DNA of 32,000 nucleotides from Candidatus Saccharimonadota bacterium. GTDB lineage: Bacteria > Patescibacteriota > Patescibacteriia > 2-12-FULL-60-25. The notes under the pieces were generated by a model, which saw only the letters and a list, made by a program, of their open reading frames with translations, did no database searches and had not been told where the DNA came from. This document shows positions 25,372 to 32,000 of the stretch, in pieces. Position numbers and translations under genes: made by a program. Where the stretch lies: NCBI GenBank assembly GCA_023898425.1, contig CP060222.1:1000801-1032800 (forward strand), written 5' to 3'. The stretch's first letter is position 1; the number at the start of each line of letters is the position of its first letter.

Positions 25372-25489
25372 ATGCGCTGAGCATACAGTAATCTGCTCTC
25401 TTTACAAAATCATAAAATAATGTTTAGTTACTGCCGTAACCCGGCATTGTCGGGCTTGGACTTTCTAACCCAAACCAAGGAGGTGCACG

Positions 25490-27340
25490 ATGTGCATTCG
25501 GAAGTTAATCCTATGGCTTATCCTGGTGATCATCACAGTTGGATATAGTCCCATTACGGCATTGGCAGAAGAAGTGCCATGTCCGCATCAAGAGGATCGT
25601 GTGAGGTATCGCTGTTTCAGAGCAGAGGCTGGCGCAACAGGTCAGGTTGACTCATGGATTCAGCGTATCAATCAGAGTATCCCCGAAGGCCAAGAACAAA
25701 TCGGCTATCGTCATTACGATAATGCCAACTTGGCTAATGGATGGCTGCTTTGTCGCGAAAGCCACAATCGATATATCAACCAAGTACGAAACTTTTCTCG
25801 TGATACGCCGATGACAACATCGGATTACACGAATCAGTTGTGCCCTGCGTCTACCGGAACGGTGATGCGCTGGGTGCGTGCTGGCAAGATCTATCGTGTG
25901 CCTCGTAGCGCCATCCCCACCCCTGGGGACCGACAACTGGCGATCGAAGCACAGATCCAGGCACGAGAAGCTCATGGCGGCTCGTTGTCTTTGGTCGAGC
26001 TAAACGCTTTTCTCGAGCAGATCCATGCCAATGAGATGGACACGACAGGAATGCGTCCAACGCGCGAAGAAACTTCTGCCGCGATTGCAGCAGTAGGGAG
26101 TGGTCTCACTACGTTGATTGCTACGCAATCGACCGAAGCAGACTCTCGTCAGGCTGTTGATGCTCAGAATCCACAGGAGCCTGCTCCTGTGGCTGCAAGC
26201 GAGCCCACGGTCATCGTGAGTTATCAGGACAGCAATAAGCTGTACCTAGTGCTGGCAATCGCGCTCTGTTTCATCGTCATTTTGCTGGGATATCTTCTCC
26301 ACGATGCAAATCGTAAGCGTGAAGTGCTTGCCGTGCTCGTAAAGAAACTGCAAGCAAAGCCAAAGGACGACGAAGCCTCGCTACTCACGAAGTGGCTCAA
26401 GCCGCATCGTGAATCTCTCGGTGAGTTGATGGATGATCTGTACGACAGCCGTAAGCCTGCTCAAGAACGATTCAATTCGTTAGTGAAGTTTCTTTTGCAA
26501 GAGCTTCGCGAAGCAGATAAGCTTCTACATGATCGTGATTCTTCTCGCGAGTCACACGCGCGCGCTGAAAATGAACTCACTCAAGCCCGAAGCAAGTTGT
26601 CTGAGCTCGAAGCCGAAGCAGCACGTCTTCAAGAGCAGATCGTTGCTAACGAAGCCGCTCGACTTTCGAGTGAATACTCTGTAGACGAAGAAAGAGCTCA
26701 ACGACTTGAGCACGATCTTCATGCTCTACAGAACAGGCATTTGGTGCTTGAGCAGCATGAAGGCGAGCTCAGGTTTCAGCATGAAGCGGCTATTGGCGCA
26801 CTTGTACGAATGGCGAATGATATCATTGTCCGTCTCGGCGGTAATGAGCTCGATGAGAAAGCTATTCGTCTCGAATTGGCTGATGATCCTCAAAGCATCA
26901 TTAACCACCTATTTGAGGCCGTCGCCAATGCGATCGATCAGTCTCCAGCAATTAACGCCTTGCAGAATTTGCAGGTGATTGGCAATGAGCTCGACTCGAC
27001 CCAGACCGAGCTACGAGAACTGCGTGATGTTCATGCGGACCTCGTTAAGGTTCAGGCTGAAGCGACCTTCGTGTGTGATTACGTGAGTAAGTACATCGAG
27101 GGCGAAGGGGGCGATATGCTCCTTGCTCTGGTCGATAAAAGCGAGAATCTATCCGAAGAACTCCGAAAGAGTAATTCGCCGGGTCTTGCTACGTCGGATG
27201 AGCTGAAAAAGCTCTGTACGACATTCTTCAATAGTTTTGGTCATCTTTTGCTCTCGGCCAAAACGACGTATGAGCAAACTCCCGCGTCAAGTATTGGCGC
27301 AGGCTTTTACCGCATTAGCGGCAAGACATTGGTCGGTTAA
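25490..27340 (+). CDS. Membrane-anchored coiled-coil hypothetical protein
   Basis: 616 aa. Signal/anchor 'LILWLILVIITVGYSPITALA', a Cys-containing N-terminal domain, a central TM 'LYLVLAIALCFIVILLGYLL', then a ~340-aa coiled-coil-rich C-terminal half. RBS aaggagg lies 7 nt upstream. Confidence 0.6.
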   Translation: MCIRKLILWLILVIITVGYSPITALAEEVPCPHQEDRVRYRCFRAEAGATGQVDSWIQRINQSIPEGQEQIGYRHYDNANLANGWLLCRESHNRYINQVRNFSRDTPMTTSDYTNQLCPASTGTVMRWVRAGKIYRVPRSAIPTPGDRQLAIEAQIQAREAHGGSLSLVELNAFLEQIHANEMDTTGMRPTREETSAAIAAVGSGLTTLIATQSTEADSRQAVDAQNPQEPAPVAASEPTVIVSYQDSNKLYLVLAIALCFIVILLGYLLHDANRKREVLAVLVKKLQAKPKDDEASLLTKWLKPHRESLGELMDDLYDSRKPAQERFNSLVKFLLQELREADKLLHDRDSSRESHARAENELTQARSKLSELEAEAARLQEQIVANEAARLSSEYSVDEERAQRLEHDLHALQNRHLVLEQHEGELRFQHEAAIGALVRMANDIIVRLGGNELDEKAIRLELADDPQSIINHLFEAVANAIDQSPAINALQNLQVIGNELDSTQTELRELRDVHADLVKVQAEATFVCDYVSKYIEGEGGDMLLALVDKSENLSEELRKSNSPGLATSDELKKLCTTFFNSFGHLLLSAKTTYEQTPASSIGAGFYRISGKTLVG

Positions 27341-27374
27341 GACCTGTAACACTTCGTTTATTTATTCAGCAAAG

Positions 27375-27405
27375 CTATTAGTGATCGAGTATCTCTCGCT
27401 AATAG
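27375..27405 (+). repeat. Copy 1 of the 'CTAT..GTGATCGAGTATCTCTC' motif, in a hairpin
   Basis: The 17-mer gtgatcgagtatctctc (27381-27397) lies between ctattag and ctaatag (7-bp stem). Confidence 0.7.
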
Positions 27406-27491
27406 TGATAGGTAGTACTGGTTTTACGCTTGAGCTTGCTCGCCTAAAACCGATCGTTCTATTGTAACGACTAAGGGCCCATAGCTACGTT

Positions 27492-27517
27492 CTATCGTGA
27501 TCGAGTATCTCTCACGA
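27492..27517 (+). repeat. Copy 2 of the same motif, in a different hairpin context
   Basis: Identical 17-mer at 27497-27513. Here the stem is tcgtga/tcacga. Confidence 0.7.
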
Positions 27518-27557
27518 CAGTACGCCGGCAAAGAGTCCTTTATAATTTCTTAATATA

Positions 27558-27586
27558 TTGACAATGGCCAGTATTTTCGCTAGGTT
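27558..27586 (+). promoter_or_regulatory. Sigma70-like promoter for the rpsF-ssb-rpsR operon
   Basis: TTGACA, 17-nt spacer, TAGGTT. Confidence 0.5.
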
Positions 27587-27589
27587 ATG

Positions 27590-27694
27590 GCCACTTATCC
27601 ATTTAGCGTGATTGGCCAAGCCCTTCGACTCATCCCTTGCTCTGCTCGGGATTTACTCAGGGCGCCCCGAACAGGGGTCTGTCACAACAAATAC
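27590..27694 (+). promoter_or_regulatory. Long 5' leader of rpsF (candidate S6:S18-binding autoregulatory leader)
   Basis: ~100-nt untranslated, G+C-richer leader with complementary segments (e.g. ctcggg / cccgaac). It occupies the position of the known rpsF leader. Confidence 0.35.
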
Positions 27695-28186
27695 ATGTCA
27701 GAAATCATGTCACAACGCTACGAGCTGTTGTACATCATCCCTACCACCATGACCGAAGAAGAGGCTGGTGCTGTAGAAACTCGTATGTCCGCACTTATTA
27801 CTAAGTACGGCGGTACGGTAGAAGTCACAAAACGTTTAGGCAAGCTTCACATGGCTTACCCAATCAAGGATCAGCATCATGGTTATTACGTATTAACGTA
27901 CTTCACCGCTGACCGTGATTCTTTGGCAACGATTGATACAAATCTTCGTATCCAAACCGAAATCCTTCGTTATATGACGGTGAGCGCACCTGCAGGTAGC
28001 GACGCGAAGTATGACCTCGTGCCTTTCCAAGAAGTTATTGTAGAAACCAAAGAAGAAAAGCGTGCAGCAAAGCGCAAAGCGGATGCTGAAGCAAAAGAAT
28101 CAGCCGATTCTTCTGACGATACAGAAAAAGAAAACGACGACGCTTCTGACAAGCCTGCAAAAAAAGCAGATAAAGAAGAAGTCTAG
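27695..28186 (+). CDS. rpsF: 30S ribosomal protein S6 with long acidic C-terminal tail
   Basis: 'MSQRYELLYIIPTTMTEEEA...KLHMAYPIKDQHHGYYVLTYF' is S6-like. Alternative ATG at 27707. The track's start at 27587 overlaps the promoter and is unlikely. Confidence 0.85.
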   Translation: MSEIMSQRYELLYIIPTTMTEEEAGAVETRMSALITKYGGTVEVTKRLGKLHMAYPIKDQHHGYYVLTYFTADRDSLATIDTNLRIQTEILRYMTVSAPAGSDAKYDLVPFQEVIVETKEEKRAAKRKADAEAKESADSSDDTEKENDDASDKPAKKADKEEV

Positions 28187-28220
28187 ACGTTTGTCTGCAG
28201 ATTACGCATTATAGAAACCT

Positions 28221-28685
28221 ATGGACTTGAACCGCGCTACGATTATCGGCAACGTAACCCGAGACCCTGAGCTCCGCACAACGGCAACTGGCCAAAATGT
28301 GTGCTCCTTCGGTGTTGCCACGAATCAAAACTGGACCGATTCATCGGGCCAAAAACAAACAAAGGCTGAATATCACAACATTGTGGTATGGGGTAAGCTC
28401 GCTGAGCTTGCTGGCCAGTACCTCTCAAAAGGCCGCAAGGTCTATGTCGAAGGTCGTTTGCAAACGCGCGAATGGGAGGCTCAAGATGGTGCTAAACGTA
28501 ATCGTACAGAAATCGTTGCTGATAACTTTATTCTTCTTGATCGCCGAGAAGGCGGACCTGCTACACCAACAGGTTATCGCACTTCTTCGCCATCTCCTGC
28601 ATCGCCTACAGCTTCTGGCTCATCCGACACGATGGATGCTGGGCTCGGCGAAGAAGAGATTCGTCTCGAAGATATTCCTTTTTAA
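28221..28685 (+). CDS. ssb: Single-stranded DNA-binding protein
   Basis: OB-fold 'LNRATIIGNVTRDPELRTTATGQNVCSFGVATN...HNIVVWGKLAE', a Gly/Pro/Ser-rich linker, and the C-terminal 'EDIPF' tip. Confidence 0.9.
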   Translation: MDLNRATIIGNVTRDPELRTTATGQNVCSFGVATNQNWTDSSGQKQTKAEYHNIVVWGKLAELAGQYLSKGRKVYVEGRLQTREWEAQDGAKRNRTEIVADNFILLDRREGGPATPTGYRTSSPSPASPTASGSSDTMDAGLGEEEIRLEDIPF

Positions 28686-28746
28686 ACCTATTCATTTCAC
28701 CCCGTGCTCATCTCGCTGAACCGTTCAGAAGAGCGCACCCAACATC

Positions 28747-28965
28747 ATGAAAAAATCCACACACGAGAAGACTTGTTTCTTCTGCAAAATGAACATCGAC
28801 GAAATTAACTACAAAGATACAAATAACCTTCGTCGTTATCTTTCATCCTTTGGCAAAATTGTTCCACGTAAGCGCTCCGGCGTTTGTGCTTGGCACCAAC
28901 GTAAGTTAACGAATGCGATTAAGCGCGCTCGTTTCATGGCTCTCTTGCCTTACTTGGTTCGCTAA
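28747..28965 (+). CDS. rpsR: 30S ribosomal protein S18
   Basis: 'CFFCKMNIDEINYKDTNNLRRYLSSFGKIVPRKRSGVCAWHQRKLTNAIKRARFMALLPY'. Confidence 0.9.
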   Translation: MKKSTHEKTCFFCKMNIDEINYKDTNNLRRYLSSFGKIVPRKRSGVCAWHQRKLTNAIKRARFMALLPYLVR

Positions 28966-28970
28966 TAGTA

Positions 28971-28996
28971 AAACCCCTGCCTTGTGCAGGGGTTTT
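28971..28996 (+). terminator. Rho-independent terminator
   Basis: aaacccctgc-cttgt-gcaggggttt followed by T residues. Confidence 0.75.
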
Positions 28997-29016
28997 AATT
29001 ATTGTTAGATACTCAC

Positions 29017-29997
29017 ATGAAGAAAGATCTTATTACGTTACGTTCACAAACGGTCAAAAAGATTCGCCAGTTTTTTGATGAACGTGAATATCTTGAAGTG
29101 CATACACCTCGGCTATTAAGCCTACCAGGTCAAGAACCATATCTCGATCCGTTATGGACAATAGCGCATCGTCCAGATGGTTGGACGGGGGAGATGGCGC
29201 TTATTACTTCACCTGAATATACATTGAAAAAAATGCTAGGTTCTGGTTTTGATAAAATCTATGATCTAGGTCCCTGCTTTCGTGATCATGAACCATGGGA
29301 TGGTTCACATGATATAGAATTTCTCATGCTCGAATGGTATCGGAAACATTCCTCATTATCAGACCTCATAAATGAAACTGAGGAGCTTGTTCGTTTTGTT
29401 ATTCAAGATGAATTTACAATAAAACCATTTAGACGATTGACGGTCGAAGAGGCATTTCGCCTCTATGCAAAGCTCGAGTTAAATGAGCTCATTGGTGACG
29501 ATAAAGCGATGAAGGCAAAAGCAAAAGAGCTTGGACAAACGGTTGGCACAACAGATACTTGGGACGATCTTTTTCATAAGATTTTTCTTTCTTTAATCGA
29601 GCATCGTTTAGGTTGGAACGAAGACAAGACCGTGTATCAGCCGACATTTCTTTATCGTTATCCAGCAAGCCAAGCAGCGCTCGCTAAACGTGATCCAAAT
29701 GACGAGCGATATGCTTTGCGAGTCGAGCTCTATATCGGTGACCTCGAGCTTTGTAACGGTTTTGAGGAGCTTAGCGATCCGATAGAGCAGAGAACACGTT
29801 TTGAAGAAGAGATCGCCTTACGAAAAACGTTAGGCAAAAAAACATGGGCTATCGATGAGAGTTTATTAGCCGCATTGCCTCAGATTGGGGAGTGCGCTGG
29901 CAATGCTCTCGGAGTAGACCGATTAGCAATGTTACAGGCTAAAACACCCAATATAGGTGATCTAATGCCATTACCCATCAAAAAACGCTTACATTGA
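29017..29997 (+). CDS. epmA: EF-P beta-lysine ligase (truncated class II LysRS paralogue, EpmA/GenX/PoxA family)
   Basis: ~326 aa containing only the class II catalytic core: 'REYLEVHTPRL', 'ITSPEYTLKKML', 'YDLGPCFRDHE', 'ELCNGFEEL' and 'GNALGVDRLAML'. No anticodon-binding domain. It lies immediately upstream of efp. Confidence 0.75.
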   Translation: MKKDLITLRSQTVKKIRQFFDEREYLEVHTPRLLSLPGQEPYLDPLWTIAHRPDGWTGEMALITSPEYTLKKMLGSGFDKIYDLGPCFRDHEPWDGSHDIEFLMLEWYRKHSSLSDLINETEELVRFVIQDEFTIKPFRRLTVEEAFRLYAKLELNELIGDDKAMKAKAKELGQTVGTTDTWDDLFHKIFLSLIEHRLGWNEDKTVYQPTFLYRYPASQAALAKRDPNDERYALRVELYIGDLELCNGFEELSDPIEQRTRFEEEIALRKTLGKKTWAIDESLLAALPQIGECAGNALGVDRLAMLQAKTPNIGDLMPLPIKKRLH

Positions 29998-30051
29998 CCA
30001 TTTTAGGGCTTTGAGCCATACTCCCGACATTCATTACTATCTATTAAGACT

Positions 30052-30618
30052 ATGGGATCTCCAAATGACATCAAAAAAGGCGTGGTAATCCGTGACCCTC
30101 AAGGGATTTGGCTCGTTGTTGAGTTTCAACACGTCAACCCAGGTAAGGGCGCCGCTTTTGTACGCACGCGCATCAAAAACCTTCAATCCGGCAAAATGCT
30201 TGAAACGACCTATAAAACATCAGAAACGATCGAATTGGTCGCGGTTGAGCGTCGTGATATGAACTTTCTCTATAGCGATGCTTCGGGGTATACGTTCATG
30301 GATAATGAAACCTTTGAGCAAGTCACTATGCCAGCGGATGAAATGGGTGATGATGCAAAATATCTTAGTGAAGGACTTAAGGTGAATATCACTATGTTCG
30401 AAGGACGTCCGCTTGCTGTCGAAGTACCACGCAAGATGACCTTTAAAGTAACGGAGTCAATGGACGCTGTGGCGGGTAATACGGCTTCTGGTGGTAATCT
30501 CACAAAAGAAGTCACGCTTGAAGGAGGTATCAAGATTCGCGTACCACTCTTTATCAAGCAAGGTGAATCGGTTATCGTCAATACAGAAACGGGAGAATAC
30601 GTAGAACGTGCTAAATAA
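30052..30618 (+). CDS. efp: Translation elongation factor P
   Basis: 'VEFQHVNPGKGAAFVRTRIKNLQSGK' with the conserved modifiable Lys in PGKG. 188 aa. Confidence 0.9.
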   Translation: MGSPNDIKKGVVIRDPQGIWLVVEFQHVNPGKGAAFVRTRIKNLQSGKMLETTYKTSETIELVAVERRDMNFLYSDASGYTFMDNETFEQVTMPADEMGDDAKYLSEGLKVNITMFEGRPLAVEVPRKMTFKVTESMDAVAGNTASGGNLTKEVTLEGGIKIRVPLFIKQGESVIVNTETGEYVERAK

Positions 30619-30620
30619 CA

Positions 30621-30650
30621 AAAACCCCTCGAGAACATCGAGGGGTTTTC
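30621..30650 (+). terminator. Rho-independent terminator
   Basis: aaaacccctcga-gaaca-tcgaggggtttt. Confidence 0.75.
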
Positions 30651-30693
30651 AATTAGTCCTTTTTGTGGTGTGCTAGATCTACGGAGGTGAGTC

Positions 30694-31457
30694 ATGGGCA
30701 ATCCTGTCATCATTCTCGTTGTAGGCATGCCTGGCGTTGGCAAAACAACAGCTATTCGCCTCGCGGCACAACAATTCGCTCGCTTAGGTCTTAAGACCGC
30801 TAGGCTCGATATCGATCGTTTTTCACGTCTTTTTCTAGATGACTATATGCCTGAAGGGATTCTCAATCCTACGTTAAAAGAGCGTATCTCGTTTATTCTG
30901 GAAGGCCTAAAGTTAAAAGCTATGCGGGCACTGAGTACGGGTGAGAATTTTCGCTGCTCATCCACAAGCAAAAAGAAGCTGTGAAAACCTGGGTTCGTAA
31001 ACAAGCGGTGGATATCATTTTTTTGGAGCTACACTGGCCCAGGACAATTATTCACTATTCTTATCATGAGCTATGGCTTGTAACGGCGCCGCCGGCAAAA
31101 AGCCTTCGTCAGCTTCTAGCGCTTCAACTTAAGCCGAAAAACCCAGTGAAGCAAAAACCAGAAGATAAATTGGAGCAAAAGCCTGAAGATCAAGGACTTA
31201 AGCCAGAAGATCAAGAATATAAGACGGAAGATCAAGTATTATTGCGAATCAAAGCGGGTTACGCTGCAGCTCAAGCCCTATGGGGTAGAAGCTTTCAGGT
31301 TTTGCCTAAAGAAAAATTCTTTATCTCCAATGCATCGCATGGACGTAACGCCATTCGTTACCGCCTTCATAAACGCATCAAGACCATCGCTATGTGCTAC
31401 GAAGACGGTCGATATGAAGACGAGGATGAACGCACAACACTTTCTCCTCCTGCCTAA
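30694..31457 (+). pseudogene. P-loop NTPase/kinase-like protein, split by one frameshift
   Basis: Walker A 'VVGMPGVGKTT'. Frame 1 ends at 30984, but frame 0 is open from 30945 and reads on sensibly ('EFSLLIHKQKEAVKTW...'). The break coincides with the T4 run 30948-30951. Confidence 0.55.
31155..31241 (+). repeat. Four imperfect tandem 21-24 nt repeats encoding KPEDK/KPEDQ/KPEDQ/KTEDQ
   Basis: aaaccagaagataaa / aagcctgaagatcaa / aagccagaagatcaa / aagacggaagatcaa units, read directly from the sequence. Confidence 0.7.
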
Positions 31458-31461
31458 CAAA

Positions 31462-31515
31462 ACACCCTCCTGTCATCTCGAGCAACGTCGAGAGATCGGA
31501 GGGTGTCTTTTTTTT
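31462..31515. terminator. Bidirectional terminator between convergent genes
   Basis: acaccctcc ... ggagggtgt stem with an inner stem, then a T9 run. Confidence 0.7.
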
Positions 31516-31520
31516 ACTAT

Positions 31521-32000
31521 TTAGTATGTGTAGATAGTGCTCGTTTGGCTAATAAGAGCATTTGTTGCATTTTTTGTTGTGACGGATGCGTATACCGGGA
31601 TAGACATATTCGCATTTCCTACGTAGTACGATGCTGAACAATACGATGTATTGGTACAGGTCTTTACGAGGGTTGGCGTTGTGCCTGCCCAGATAAATAC
31701 CGTTAAGTCATTTGCAGAATAGTTTGAATTCGTGACATTAGCGGTAAGTGTTACTTGGCTATACGCAGGACGTGATCCGGATGGTGAGATAGTAAGCGCT
31801 GTTGTACCGGTTAACGTTGTGTAATTTGTCGTGTTGTTAAACGTAATAACTGGGAAGCTTTTGCTCAATAAGACATTACCGTAATGATCTTTTAGATAGC
31901 CTTGGTATTGGGCGGTTGACTGAGAACCAGATTTATTAACATTCTCTGTTAGGTAGCAGTTTGTTGTGTTTACACAAATCGCACGCATGCTGCCGTTTTG
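31521..32000 (-). CDS. Ser/Thr/Asn-rich probable secreted/surface protein, C-terminal part (runs off the window)
   Basis: The minus-strand frame is open to the right edge. The composition is dominated by T/S/N/Y, with beta-strand-like repeats ('TLTGTTALTISPSG', 'VTLTANVTNSNYS'). Confidence 0.5.
   Translation of the reverse strand, partial: QNGSMRAICVNTTNCYLTENVNKSGSQSTAQYQGYLKDHYGNVLLSKSFPVITFNNTTNYTTLTGTTALTISPSGSRPAYSQVTLTANVTNSNYSANDLTVFIWAGTTPTLVKTCTNTSYCSASYYVGNANMSIPVYASVTTKNATNALISQTSTIYTY

Noticed and set aside
1-32000. CRISPR arrays, rRNA genes, IS transposases and integron attC sites
   Set aside because: I scanned for regularly spaced 25-40-nt repeats, rRNA-like conserved blocks and DDE/HUH transposase motifs in the ORF set and found none.

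Overview
The window looks like chromosome from a small-genome bacterium. The gene content (NifS/NifU-only Fe-S machinery, few biosynthetic genes, many membrane or hypothetical proteins) resembles Patescibacteria/CPR, but that is inference only. Most of it is ordinary housekeeping or envelope DNA. Recognisable genes include an SLT-domain membrane protein, a GT-C-like membrane protein, an O-antigen-ligase-like protein, an HxlR/nitroreductase divergent pair, a NUDIX hydrolase, a C39-like peptidase, a CaCA antiporter, DUF389, TrhO and a CPC-type P-type ATPase. Also present are Rrf2-NifS-NifU-ferredoxin, a Trm11-like methyltransferase, rpsF-ssb-rpsR, epmA-efp and a P-loop kinase. The standout is a ~6.4 kb insertion directly after tRNA-Ser(UGA), at 7111-13531. 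It is bounded by ~139 bp direct repeats that start inside the tRNA 3' end. It carries a large serine recombinase, a controller/m5C-methyltransferase/endonuclease/Vsr restriction-modification module, RadC and a small ORF. Nested inside it, a pair of ~205 bp inverted repeats brackets only the R-M/RadC cargo and leaves the recombinase outside. Both outer ends of these repeats read CACCGCCA, the same core as the tRNA 3' end at the insertion junction. Almost every gene in the island, plus the flanking tspO, is broken by multiple frameshifts, several of them at A/T homopolymers. The flanking 25 kb shows only two such breaks. This indicates either a decaying element or a locally error-prone assembly. 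Other items worth a look are a structured ~370 bp non-coding region at 3541-3910, a duplicated 17-mer upstream of the rpsF promoter and leader, and marked G+C heterogeneity among genes. No CRISPR array, rRNA or transposase was seen.
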